Assembly (NCBI RefSeq): GCF_018977255.1
Contig: NW_024704742.1
Coordinates: 20,710,001 to 20,774,000, forward strand
Reading direction: 5' to 3'
DNA length: 64,000 nt
Origin: Callorhinchus milii
Taxonomy: Eukaryota
Program-made: the position numbers and the translations under genes
In this document: piece after piece, positions 35,215-48,147 of the stretch
Layout of the letters: each line of letters opens with the position of its first letter
How positions within the stretch are numbered: the first letter of the stretch is position 1
The notes under the pieces: model-generated
Seen by the model: only the letters and a program-made list of their open reading frames with translations
What the model was told of the DNA's origin: nothing
Databases searched by the model: none

Positions 35215-38200
35215 AGAGCCTTACAAGAGCATAACATACCCTGATTATTACCTCTGGGGATCAAAGATCAATTGATTTGATAATATAGGCCAGTATCCTG
35301 TTTGCCTTGTTTATTGCTGCTTCACACTATTTTCATACAGTGAGTGATTCGTCAACTAACACCCCAGATATCGTTCAGCTTTACCTTGACAAGTTTTTGT
35401 TAAAACTGTGCATAAATAAACTGTATCAGGTAAAGCTGCCCATCTCAGTACAGCAAGGGAGGAAGGTTAATTGGTCTGTAGGAGGGAGATTTTCTTCTCT
35501 CTGATAGCAAAGAGTTTAGGTTTGATACATCATGTGCTGTATCTCTTATTGAGGATTTTAAGCACTCCGAAATGCTACCCTGCATGAAGGGACCTATATA
35601 AATGCAAGTTGTTGGTGGTGTTGTTGCTAAATGTGGATCCAAACATGATATATCAACCATTCACCACTGGAGATTTGGAGAAAGCTCCCAGTAGCAGGCA
35701 GCTTCTATAGCATGTAATGCACTTACTTGCAGTTTATTGACAATCATTGTAATAATTTCTTATTTAGGAAAGAGAAAAAGGTGGTGGGTTTGGAGAGGGA
35801 AATTCGAAATAGTTAAATCAGGTCATAAAACAGGACCAGGTTGAATGACCTTTGCTTGCATTTAATATACTGTGTTCGTACCCATGTAAATATATTCTTA
35901 TAATTTGGCACAGTACTGAGGATTAGAGTTCACTGATCTGCCAATTCAAGTGGATAGCTCAATTTGAATAAACAATTTACTGAATCTTATTGTGTTTGGC
36001 AATGAGAGACAGCAATCTCTCCGGGAAAATGATTTGTTATCGACTTTTCTCTCTCAGTAAGATGGTTTGATAACACCCTCCAATCCCCAAAGGCAGCTAT
36101 GTATATACAATGTGATAAATCACAGATTCAAATTGATGGTTCTGTTCGTACTGAACTTAGTACTGTGGTGAACTGTTCGCTTCATTGACTCCAGCTCTGC
36201 ATGCAAACTAACTGAGGTAAGGTTATAAGCTTCACTGCTTTTTAAAATGTGTTATAAAAGAGTAATACAGGCAACTTTGGAAAATGACTGGATGTGTAAA
36301 ATGTGCTTTTTGTTCTTGACAAATCCCCAAAATATTGAATGATTTAGCCAATCTGTTGTAAAACCACATGTTTCCACCATCTATTCTGAAAGACTGCCTC
36401 TGGGTGTTGAACTCCCACCAATTTCATCACAAAGGCAGTGACCAAAACTGGATCCAAGTTCTTAAGCGTCATTATCCCTGTTTAACTACTGCAATTGTTG
36501 TTCCCTATATTGAGTGTTGATTCACATGATACCTTAAGGTTATATTCCTCTGAAGCTGCACTGAAACACGGTCGAAAACAACAATGGCTTCTGAAACCTT
36601 CAGGCCTGACTGTTGTGCTCCCCCTGGGAGGAGAGAGTTCAATCCCAGAGCCAGGCATTAGCAACAAAAGGAAACATGCGATGTTTCAACAACAGATTCA
36701 ATAACACATTTTATAATTATCAAATCTATTGTGAAATATTGTTATTTTACCTCTAATTTAATTTCACCTAGAAAATAGATCAAACCCATGCCTTTGTTTT
36801 ATTTTCTCACAAAATGAACCGTCTATTTTTTAAGACAAACTCTTGTCATATTTCTTATTGAGGAACTCTTTTAGAATTAAAAAAAATGAAAAATCAACTT
36901 CCCAATTAAGATTGAATGTAAGATGTTTTGAGGTATCTTCCCAACGTGAAAGGTGCAATTCCAAATTTATTATTATTATGTTAAATGCAAAATTGTTATT
37001 TTTTGTTCTTTGTCGTCACACAATTTTGTGGACAAGTTGGATATACATTTCAAAAGCAGCCATTTGCTGATCCTATTAAAGTGAGTTACTGACAAGTAGG
37101 CAGTGTTTAACAGTGGAGCCATCACTTTGATTTATGACTTCACATAGAATAATGTTGGTTTGTTGCGTGGGTGCTGATAATAGTCCCTTAATATTAGTGG
37201 ATGGACAGACGAGGGGAGTGAGGGACTGGGAAAAAAAGCCAGACAAGCAATTGATTTTCTCTGTTCATTGTATAGTAAGAACGAGGATATAATGAGTGAA
37301 AGACAATTACCTTATCTTATCATGAATAGTCATCAGAGTCAGTAGAGAAACAGTGCCAGAGTTGTTTCCTTTTTGGATCATTGCACCAGGATTCAGAGCA
37401 GTATTGCGTGGTAAGGTCAGAGTACATGCAGCCTTTTATATGAATGGGATAATAGTCCTCCTGCATGACTGGGGCAGAACTCACTCATACTAGTGATTAA
37501 TAGGTTTGTAGATGTGTTGTAGACATTCCAGAGACAATGTTGAGCACATTCATGAAGTACTTCTCCTGAATGTGTAGAGAATGAGGTTGCCCTTTGGTAT
37601 TTCTTGGGTCAGATGGTCAAGCATATTATCATCTGCAGAAGAATAAGCATCAATTAATATGGAGGATTATTGGCCAGAACACTATGAGAAACTTAGAATA
37701 TGGCATGAGATCAATAATAATCTTTTAAAGTTTTGATTTTGATACATTTCTTTTTTTAGCAGTGAATGACAATGTTACAATTTGTTTTCCTTACAAATCA
37801 TGCCTTTTCAGATCTTTTCAGGTAACAGAGCTTCTCCTGCAATTTGTAACATGACCTCTGGGTTAATGGGGCTGTGTTGACCCTGGAACTCACCTGCTGC
37901 CACACAACCTCTTTCTCAGAACATGGTGGAGGGGAGGGAAGGTTTTCTTACAACTCCAAACAAGGCATTTCTTCTCTGCAACACAACTTCACCACACCCT
38001 GCTAGGCAGCCATGCTAAATCAGACCTGAGGTTGTTTTTCCCTCCACCACAACCTCTGCATGCCACAGCTGGATAAATTGGAAGCTGTGCTTTAGGAACT
38101 ACTATTGCTTGGTACAAATCTATTTGTTGATTAGCAGTTTCACTTGTCAACGCTTACAGATTTTGGCAAGGCTTCTGTTTTCATTTGTAAGTGCAGAAAA

Positions 38201-38570
38201 TGGCTGTTTCAGTGTTATTCACAGCATGTTGCTCAACCTCAGACTGAGTTCGGCTAATTTTCCCTGAAAAATCTTAGACAATCCATTATGCCACTTGAAA
38301 ATGATCTCTGCTTAGTGGAATCCAAGTTGTCAGAACCCAGAGCATTTCTGCCCGATTTGGGCATTAGAATGATTCAGAAGCTGGAGGTGAAGGAAATTAA
38401 CTTTTTTCCTAAAATAAAGAACAAAATTCCTTTTGGAGTACTGCATTTTTATCCAAGTGCATTGTACAAAGGAGAATAATTTCTATCTTATGTAAGGTTT
38501 AAGATTATAATAATAATAATAATAACAATAATAATAATAATCCTTGCATTTGATATGAAAGGATATGCTC

Positions 38571-38888
38571 GTGGAGTCCTGTAGCTCAGTGGTTAGAGCA
38601 CTCGCTTTGCAAGCGAGAGACCTGAGTACAATTCCAGGCAGGGCGAAACCTTGGGCAAGTTTCCTTACTCCACACGCCTAATAATAATCCCTCCAAAAAA
38701 ACCAAAACAATAATAAATTGGTCATTTTCAATCTACGACTGTTTGTGGGACACTGCTGTGCGCAATTGGCTGCCGCGTTCGCCCACAAATATACAGTCAA
38801 TTCACTTTATAGTGTGTTCTGTGAAGCGCTTTGGGACGTCCTCCCGACGTGAAAAGCGCTATATCAAATGCAAGGATTATTATTATTG
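38571..38888 (+). mobile_element. tRNA-Ala-derived SINE, young short form (reference copy)
   Basis: A box TAGCTCAGTGG; anticodon arm CTCGC-TTTGCAA-GCGAG (TGC); L2-type stem-loop; (TTA)n. Confidence 0.95.
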
Positions 38889-38914
<26 letters not shown>

Positions 38915-38922
<8 letters not shown>

Positions 38923-39295
38923 GCACCTTATCACATCATCGAGACTTCTCAAGTGCTTTGTGTAAGGTGGTTTGACTGGGTATTTTGTGGGCAAAAAGTT
39001 GGAACCAATTTGTGCACAGCAATGTCCAACATATAGACATACAGTGAATGACCAATTTTATTTAGGGCATTGTTGGCCAAGAGACAAGGAGAAACTCCCT
39101 TCTCTTTTAAAATAGTGCCACGGGATCTTTAACATCCACCTGAACAGGCAGACAGGGACCTCAATTGAATGTCTCGTCTGAAGGACGAAACCTCCAACAG
39201 TGCAAAGGATCCCTAGCAATACATTGGAGTTTCAGCTTAGACGATTTGATTCCAAGTCTCTATGTGGGGCTTGAACCCACAACCTTCTGACTCAG
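38915..39295 (-). mobile_element. Deu-like SINE
   Basis: GTCAGAAGGTTGTGGGTTCAAGCCCCAC head; CCTGTTCAGGTGGATGTTAAAGATCCC core. Confidence 0.85.
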
Positions 39296-39551
39296 TTACC
39301 ACATGAAAATGTATTAGATTTAAATAGGGAGTGATTTATGAATTTAAGTAAGATAGTGATATTTCATGTGTTTTGTAGCCATGATTGCTATTACAATCTT
39401 TATTACAATACAAATTTAATTTGCTATTATCTTCATATTAGCATTATGAATTGTGCAGAGCAGATAGGATCTGTAGCTATAACTATTTTCCTTTATTTAA
39501 AGTCACATATTCTATCATCCTGTTTTTTTTTCTTGCAGTTTTGATTTCCAG

Positions 39552-39593
39552 GAGATAGTATCAAAAATATTGATGGCAATCATGTTTACACAG
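39552..39593 (+). other. Candidate 42-nt internal exon (alternative acceptor at 39539); host gene unknown
   Basis: Long pyrimidine tract with TTGCAG and TTTCCAG acceptors; CAG|GTACAA donor; open as GDSIKNIDGNHVYT or EIVSKILMAIMFTQ. Confidence 0.35.
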
Positions 39594-40350
39594 GTACAAC
39601 ATTCTTTGTTTTTATATTACCAAATGCTTCTTTGTACGATATGCCTGTAGATTTCCAATGGAAATACCATTTATCTTATTTAGCTAACTGGTCATTATAT
39701 TGTTCATGCCAAACTGCATATGAGCAGTTATTTTTCCCTGACAAATATTTGCAATCACTAGATGCTCTAATTTGCCTGATTTTTTGGGGGAAAATATTAT
39801 TTGGTTGAATTGGGTCATTCTCTTAAAGGGACAGGGTTGTGCTGGTGAAACGAACTGGCCTGGCATCTTAGCAGACTCGTAAACAGAGCTTTGGAAACAC
39901 GCTTGTTGCTGATGCACTGAGAGAAATTAACTTTTGAGAAGTTTATCAGAAATATAAAAGATTCAGATAAACACCATATGGCAATTGTTTGCACAGAATG
40001 ATTTTTCCCAGAAGCCAAAGAGTTTCAGCTCATGCTGCTATTGACTATTCCAGGAACTGAGTGTGTGCCTTTCAGGACCTGCTCATTGACCAGACTCGAT
40101 GGCAATTTGACTACTTAATAACTTCTCCTGAACACTTCAGTCTCTTCTATCTTAAGAATGTTTGGCTTTGGTAATCAGAGGGTCGTGTGTGGTGGGAAGA
40201 GACAATGTTTGCTATACAAGTGTGTGCTAATAATTCATTCTTACTTGAAAAGAGATACTAAATCTACAGATGCTTCATCAGGGAGGGGGAGCTCAGGTTT
40301 ACAGCCAGTCATTAGGAATAGGTAGAATGATGCTATGTTTAACACAAACA

Positions 40351-40632
40351 ATAATAATAATCCTTACATTTGATATTATGCCTTATCATGAATTCGGGAT
40401 GTCTCAAAACACTTCACAGAATATACTGTAAAATGAATTGACTGTATATTTTGTGGGTGAAACGTAGCAGCCAATTGTGCACAGCAGTGTCCCACAATCA
40501 GTCATGGATTGAGCGACCAAATTATTATTTATTTAATAAATAATAATTATTTAATTTAGGAATTATTAACCCAAGAAAAGTGATCTGCCAGTTAACTAAC
40601 AACCAGGTTCCTACTTACTGCTCGGTAAACAG
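40351..40632 (-). mobile_element. Long-form SINE lacking the head
   Basis: Reverse complement of the 34940-type sequence. Confidence 0.8.
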
Positions 40633-42610
40633 GTAAAAAATCCACTTCAGGAAAAGTAGATTCAATGAATTTCAGTTCCACCTATGCACCAGCTGAAAAC
40701 ATAAATTGTACAATAGGATGGTTTTGTTGAGATTGCTTGAGTCGTATAAAAGTATTCTTATTTGCATAAAAAAAAATGCAGCCTATTTGAGGTAGAAAGG
40801 TGATATGAAGAAAATCAAAACATTAGTGATTTGTAATGAATAATATTTTGTACGTTTTCGATTCTTTCAAGAACAAATTAGATAGATTTTTGTTAAGAAA
40901 TAATATCTTGGGGTCCATATATAGTTTAGTGCACAACATGTGCATGCAACTGCCAGGATGGTGTAAGGATGGTGTCTCTTGGCCAACAATGCCCTAAATA
41001 AAATTGGATGCACATTGGTCTTTTTTTGCCGAGTAAATGCTTATATTCTTATATTCTTACTATAGACGGCTGTAAGAACATATTAAAATAGTAACCCTCT
41101 GAGACAGGAGATGTGATAAGGCGCAAAATCAAATACAAGGATTATTTATTTATTGTAATATATTCCCCTAGTTCCATCTCCTCCATTTGCAACAGTGGCT
41201 TCTCAGGGTGATAAGTGGGGGATACCTAGTCTCTCAGTGTTAACTACAGAGGAAGATTACATAAGGTAGAAGTGGGCCTTTATGTAGGCAAAGCCTGCTA
41301 CAGTGAAAGATCTTTTCAACTAAGAATAAGGTCAGCTTTATAGTGACTGTAGACTGACAGTTGTAACAATACATTAGCAATGACAATAAACAGGAGCTCT
41401 GAATGCTAGACTGATGTCTTTCCATTAGAGCAAAACCACTTTGCTATCAATTATTACTGTTTTCAATATACACAACTGAACATTTGGGTCATCCAAGTTG
41501 CTCCTCTCAATTATCAAAGCAGACACATCAGTCTGCTTGGGTTTATAACCTCTATCCATGCAGAGAGATTTTCTGATCTGTACAGCCTGAGGTAAGTCTC
41601 TGAAGAGATCGTTTATTTTCATGGGTTCAGAAGGTTCCCTTTCCGTTCTAATTTAGTTGACTTCATTGTCATACCAAGATTTTGCCAGACTTATTGTCAT
41701 GCCTGATGTACGCGTATTTGACTCATAACAATTGCCGTCTTGTGCATTCTTATTTGTCTACTTTATAGCAATTTATGTTGTTATAATGCACATAAATCAG
41801 ATAAATGTTTAGTGCATGTTTGCATACAGATCTGGCTGGGGATATGAACAGCTTTATGTTTCAATTATATTTGTTATTCATGACTTGTTTGTTGATATAT
41901 ATTATTGGATCACTAAATTTGCATATGACAGGTTAATATAACAGAGTCAGCTCACAATGACTAAAAACTAAAACTGATTTTGACTTGACAATTGAGCATA
42001 ATTGCTCTTTACCTGGTGGACCCCAGTGCAAACTTGGTATTCACCTTTATTCATTAGAAGGAAACTATAGCAAATTTGGGGATGTTGTAATGAGATCTAT
42101 CAATTTAAAAAAGATAATTGCCAATAACCTCCAAAATTACTTCTTTTGAGGTATTGTGTGTAACTAAAGTAATTATTGGACCTAAAATGCAATATATACA
42201 AATGGCATTGATTGTCCTTTTTGCACATCACAATTTGCAAATTCTAATTTGCGAATGTTACATTGGAAAAATCATAATTGTCATGAATATCTTGCCAGCA
42301 ATATCTGGAAAAAATGCTGACGAGCAAAACACCAAAAGGAAAGTAATCCTATTAATCCTTGCACTTAGTATAGTGCCTTTCATATCAGGACGATGTCTCA
42401 AAGCACTTCATAGGATAATTGTAGACTATATTTATTGTGGGATACAGTGGGATTTACTGGGTTTCTTGGAACAAGAGTCCTATGATTTTCAAGGAAATTT
42501 TCACTTGCCTGGATGTAATACAAATCACCCAGAAATACACAATCACTATACTTTACAATAAATCTCATGAAGCACTTGAAATGTTTTGATAGCATGATTA
42601 GACGCTATAT

Positions 42611-43448
42611 CCTGTAGCTCCTGTCGCTCAGTGGTTAGAGCACTCGACTCGCAAGCGAGAGACCTGGGTTCAATTCCCAGGCAGGGTGAAACCCCGGGCA
42701 CGTTTCCTTACTCCACGCACCTGATAATAATCCCTCAAGAAACAAAAACAATACAACAACAACAACAACAACAAGATTCCATTTATAAAGCGCCTTTCAC
42801 GTCAGGAGGACGTCCCAAGGCGCTGCACAGTTGGGTCATGACCCGAGCAGGGGGGAAATGGTCAGGGTGAGGGGAGGGAAGGGAGGGAGCGAGGAGGGGG
42901 GAAATGGTCAGGGTGAGGGGAGGGAAGGGAGGGAGCGAGGAGGGGAAGAGAGTCGAGAGGGGAGCTGAAGGCACGGTCAAAGAGAAAGGTTTTGAGACCG
43001 GCCTTGAAGGAGGAAAGGGAGGAAGCAAGGCGAAGGCACTGGGGGATGGAGTTCCAGAGCCTCGGGGCTGAGAGGCTGAAGGCCTGACCACCGATGGTAG
43101 GGCGGTTGGGGCGGGGGACGTGGAGCAGACCGGAGCCAGAGGAACGGAGGGTACGGACAGGTAGGTAGGGGGATAGTAGGTTGGAGAGGTAGGAGGGAGC
43201 AAGGCCGTGAATGGCCTTGTAGGTGAGGATGAGGATCTTGAAATCAAAGGTGAGGATGAGGATCTTGAAATCAAGTGATAAAATTGGTCGCTTCAATCCA
43301 CAACTGTTTGTGGCACATTGCTGTGCGCAATTGGCTGCCGCGTTCGCCCACAAATATACAGTCAATTCACTTTACAGTATATTCTGTGAAGCGCTTTGAG
43401 ACATTTAAAAGTGCTATATTAAATGCAAGGTTTTTTTAATATTATTAT
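42611..43448 (+). mobile_element. tRNA-Ala-derived SINE split by a young L2
   Basis: Head at 42611-42753 (B box GGTTCAATTCC); the body resumes at ~43278. Confidence 0.9.
42754..43274 (-). mobile_element. Young L2 3' fragment
   Basis: DFKILILTYKAIHGLAPSYLS..LWNSIPQCLRLASSLSSFKAGLKTFLFDRAF. Confidence 0.97.
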
Positions 43449-45449
43449 TCAAATTCAAATAAATGAGACAATCATCTATGGTGAAAGACTGTCAGGAAGG
43501 CTTTGTCCATATATTTATTCCAACTGGAATTTCATGAAAAATGGGAGGCTGACATCCAGTTGACTCATGTTGTGTACTTCAATGGCTTTCACCGGTAATT
43601 CATTCCTCAAGTGTATTTATTACTTTTGGCATAAAACACATCTGACTAATTTCTCTGATTCCTAATTTCTTAATTGTATCCTCTGATCCCTGGAACACAG
43701 GTAAAACTCCAAATACTGGGCAAGGTAGTAAACCGTTCAGTTGAAAAAACAATACAGTTTATGATTTTATTTGAACATCAAAGTCTCGCACCGATGTGTC
43801 TTATCTCTTTCATTGTCCATTGTCGCTGTGAACTATATCAGATGTCAAACTGACAGCTGCCATGAGCTCCTGGCTTTTCGTTCCCTCAGTGGGAATGAAA
43901 AGTGTGTTCATGATAAATTCAATTTTATGTTTTCTCCCCCTTGGCTTGGGGCACCTGAACTTCTGGCTAATGCAGGAAAACACCTTAGCATCCGTTGTAC
44001 GCTTTGATCTGCAACAATAGTCCCATTACAATACCTAAGTATAATTCCTCATTTTATAATATACCTCCAAAGCAGTGCTGCCTCAGGAGAAGAGCACTCA
44101 AGACCTTTTGGTATGATGATACTGGGATTATTTTTGCAGTTTGTGATTAAAAGTATGAATTACATCGAGTGATTTATCATATCTCACAATGGAGAGCTCC
44201 TTATTGGATTCTATTCAATTTTACGTTGAGCCATAACTCACATGTTTTAGTCATGAATATTTATAGGCACAGCTTCTTGGTTTTATTTCTATTCAGTATA
44301 ATTTAAATCAGTTCATATGATATTGCTTCAGACCTAAGTTAAAGTAAGATTTTTTTTATTTAGGTTATTTATTTAAGTGATTCAAAATTGATTGACCATC
44401 TAAATCTTTAACTTATACATCAGGATTCTATTTATTTCCTTTCTTATAATACATTCTTCAGTTCCTTCATGGAGTGCTTCAACTCTGTTTTTAATTTCGA
44501 GGCTATTGCTTTTAAACTATTACAAGGACTGTCAGTATTCACCTTTACACCACACAAAAAAACATAAAGCAGTATTCAGGAGACGAGCACTCAAGACTTT
44601 ATAGGCATAATCTTCAAATATTCTAAATAAACATCTGTTGACTAAATCACGTGTCTCAGTTGTATTCCTTGCTTATCACTACAAAAAACCTGAAGGCTGC
44701 CGCATTTTGCCTACAAAATACACAGTCAATCCACTTTACAGTATATTCTGTGAAGCGCTTTGAGATGTCTTAACGATCTGATAAGGTGCTATATCAAAGG
44801 AAAGGATTATTATCAGTCTTCTCATTTAAAGTTAAACTTACAATGGTCTTATTGCGAAATATTTTTTGAAACAAACAGGCTTATTTCCAAGATAAATAGA
44901 GGACATTTCAAACTGAAGCTGAGCCACAGATGTACAGTTTCAGTGTTTTAGAGGTCCAGTTTCAGAAGTTACTGAAAAATGTGGTAGCCTTTACAGGATT
45001 AGAAGAACAATTTGGATAAAATTGCCCATTTGAGCCAGCTTTTCAGGAAACCAATGCTATAATTTTCCTTCAACAGTTTCTTAAATGAATCTGGTATGCC
45101 AGCCTCTACCACCCATCCTAGAACCAGATTGAGCTGTTGATTGCCCTCTGTGTAAAGAAATACTTCCAGGTATCTGTCCTAATTTTTTTCATAACCCTGA
45201 ACCAAAACTCTCCTATCCTGCTGCCTTGGCATATTTGACCTTTCTCTTGAGACTGCTTAAACAGGTTGAACATTTCTGGCATTATCTCACATTGAAAATC
45301 TTTGTTGCCTTTTTGACCTTTTCCTAAGAATTATTTGAAACAATTTAATAATAAGTTGCAGATAGAGACAAGAGCAGATTTCTCGCAATATTGATCCAGG
45401 TGATTGCTGCAGCAGGGTAATTGTTTAGAGACATTTGCATCTCTGATTT

Positions 45450-46345
45450 CCTATGGGCATGCTTCAGTATTCAGGAAATAGAAAGTCTGAATAAAACCGC
45501 AGAATTCCAGACAGGACATTGTCTTAATCCAGTCCTCATTGCGAGGAACCTTGGCAAATAGACGTGCCCGCTGTAAAGTTGACTCTACCTCCAGAGTGCT
45601 CAGCGTTAGGTCCGTGTAGGCTGGAGCCCTTCCTCCCTGAAGCCGCTTCCCACATTCGCCACATATCCACCTCACTGCTTGATCATGGGCTCTGCAAATA
45701 GCCGGAGGAAACCTCCCTGCTGCATTTCCAGGAGCTCGGATCCTTAAGGATCTGATATCAAGAGTATTAATTGGAAGATATAAGGACTGTTTGAACACAG
45801 GTCTTGACCTGCACTGGAACCCTGCTGACCTTGAAGAGAGACAAGCACAACCAGAATGTCCTTTGCCCCTTCTCAGCATAGTTTTCAGGACAGTGTCCAG
45901 GCAAAAGTTAATAATTTCCACGACCCTGAGGTACAGATAAAAATCAACATTGGGACTGATGCCCCTTGTATCTTCCAATCAGTACCCGCAATGTCTTCTT
46001 TTGAGCCCTGCAGAATCATGATTACGCACTTGGGAGCACACACAACCATGTCCCCCAGGTTGCCCCAGGATCTTCATGGAGATGTTAGCAATGGTATGAA
46101 TGATATCAGAAGCTTAATCTGAACAGAGCACCATGGCTTATATAACTGTTGTAGCTGTGACAACAGTCATCGATGATCTAGCCCCTGAGACTTTCCAGTC
46201 ATCCAAGCATGCTTTTTCCTGTTGGCATTGGACAAGGTATATGACAAAGTATGTTTTCCTTTTGCACATGTATTGAAGAGGTGATAATACAATGTTCTGG
46301 AAGGTTGAGAGAGCCAACCAGATCCACTACAGTGCTGATGAAAAA
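45450..46345 (+). mobile_element. Possible highly decayed L1/Tx1-like ORF2 remnant
   Basis: NDIRSLI followed by FLLALDKVYDKVCFPFAHVLKR, resembling L1 RT NIRxLI..LDAEKAFDRVxWxxLxxVL. Confidence 0.3.
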
Positions 46346-46481
46346 ACATTAGTTTTAATGTTTATACTGCTGGAAATAACCTTTGGGGAATTTAGGTCTA
46401 CAGCCAGAAACCAAGGCTCGTGATTCAATTGCACAACACAATCACACCAGCAGATCATAGTACAAATAGATCTTTGATATA

Positions 46482-47453
46482 CAATACCAAATTACATTTG
46501 TATAGCACCTTTCACATCGAGAGGACGTCCCAAGACAGTCAGGGATTTGGACACGAGCAGGGGCTTGGTATCGGGAGGGTGGAGGGCAGGGAGGATAGGG
46601 GTAGGAGGGCGCCGAAGGCACGGTCGAAGCGGAGGGTCTTGAGACATGCATTGAAGGAGGCAAGAGAGGGATTGAGACGAAGGGACTGTGGGGTGGAGTT
46701 CCAAAGGATGGGGGCAGAGAGGCTAATGGCCGTACTGCCAATGGTGGGGCGGGGAGGGTGGGGACATTGAGCAGGCCAGAGTCTGCTGAACGGAGGGAGC
46801 GGACAGGTTGATAGGTCACAGAGGTAGGAAGGAGCAAGCCTATGAAGGGCTTTGAAGGCAAGGACGAGGATTTTAAACTTTTGATCTCTATCCTCTGGGG
46901 ATTGGAGAGTCAGTGGGACCAAGCGAGGGTTTGGGGAAATAGTGTCAAGAAGCCTGGTGTGGGAGAGAACAAGAGCTGCTGAGTTCTGGATGATCTGCAG
47001 CTTGTGGAGGGAAGAGTTGGGAAGGCCAACAAGCAGGGAGTTGGCATAGACAAGGCTAGATGTGATAAATGCATGGATGAGGGTTTCGGTGGCCTGAGGG
47101 GAAAGGCAGTGGCAGAGCCGGCGGTGTTGTGGAGGTGGGGGAAAGCAGAGCGGGTCATGACATGGATGTGGGATAGAAAGAACAGTTGAAGGTCAAACGA
47201 GATGCCAAGGTTCCAGACTGACTCAGTGAGGTAGAGTGTGCATCTATTCATGGTAATGCTGCCAGTGCTTGAGGTATGGAGGCGCTGACCGAAGCCAATC
47301 AGGAGGGCCTCGGTCTTGTTGATATTCACTGAGAAAGTTAGCTCTCATCCAGGACTTCATGTCTGACAGACATTCTGTTAGGACAGGAGTGGACCTGGAG
47401 TCAAGGGTGGAGGCAGACAGATTGAGTTGGGTGTCACACATGTGGAAATGATC
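46482..47453 (-). mobile_element. L2 3' fragment (~1 kb)
   Basis: HFHMCDTQL..CLSDMKSWMRANFL..FKILVLAFKALHRLAPSYL..LWNS; 3' tail. Confidence 0.95.
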
Positions 47454-48147
47454 AGATCTGTCACAAAGCAAATATCAGGCTTCATCCAACATTAATCTCT
47501 ATGCATTTATTATTAGTGGGGGAGGAAAACAGCCAAGGTGCTGCGACAGTTTTAGTATAATTTAGGAAGGTAATTTAGAAATTCATCTAAGGCATTAATG
47601 TGAAACTGTCATGTGTTTTGTGGGTAAAGAAGGGCTTCAGCAACCTGTGCTTATAGGGGATGAGCTAACATTAGTGTAAAATCCACACTCATCCATTTGT
47701 TTGTAAGAACATAGGGAGGTGTATGTTAGCTGTGTTTCTGGTGACTGGGAAAAATACAACCACAAAAGAGGTCAACTTAAAAGACCTTTATGTAACTCAG
47801 ATTCCCTTGGGAATATATATCTCTTGTTCTGCTTGGCCCGGCTGTGGGCTTCTTTTATTAAATCAATACAATTTGTTTTTCAAAATATCTATCTTCTTGA
47901 GCTTTATAGAATAATAAAAGTATATTGCAGTTGGTGCTCGGTTCAGGAACTAATGTTATTGTACATCTTAGAAATAAGCTGCTAAAAACCTCTGCACAGA
48001 TCCTCCACCCATTCAGAAGCAGCTCCAGCTGTCAATCAATCGTGACTTAACTCCTCGCATTCCCTCCCTTATTTTTTCCTTCGTCCCCTCAATGATTGAC
48101 AGCCCAACTCCAGGTACTGGTGAATGGCTCAGTTTGTGAATGACACA

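Noticed and set aside
38571..38645. tRNA-Ala(TGC) gene (also 11275, 12061, 21588, 42611, 49243)
   Set aside because: Each continues into the same SINE body and tail, with imperfect arms; these are SINE heads.
38743..39036. Poly-Tyr, poly-Ile, poly-Gln and poly-Asn ORFs
   Set aside because: Translations of (TTA)n and (TTG)n retroelement tails.
42118..42561. 147-aa hydrophobic ORF
   Set aside because: AT-rich, non-ATG start, runs through SINE-tail debris, no recognisable domain.
45451..45978. 175-aa minus-strand ORF with CGECGK as a C2H2 zinc finger
   Set aside because: No downstream histidine pair or repeated fingers; probably a chance or antisense ORF.
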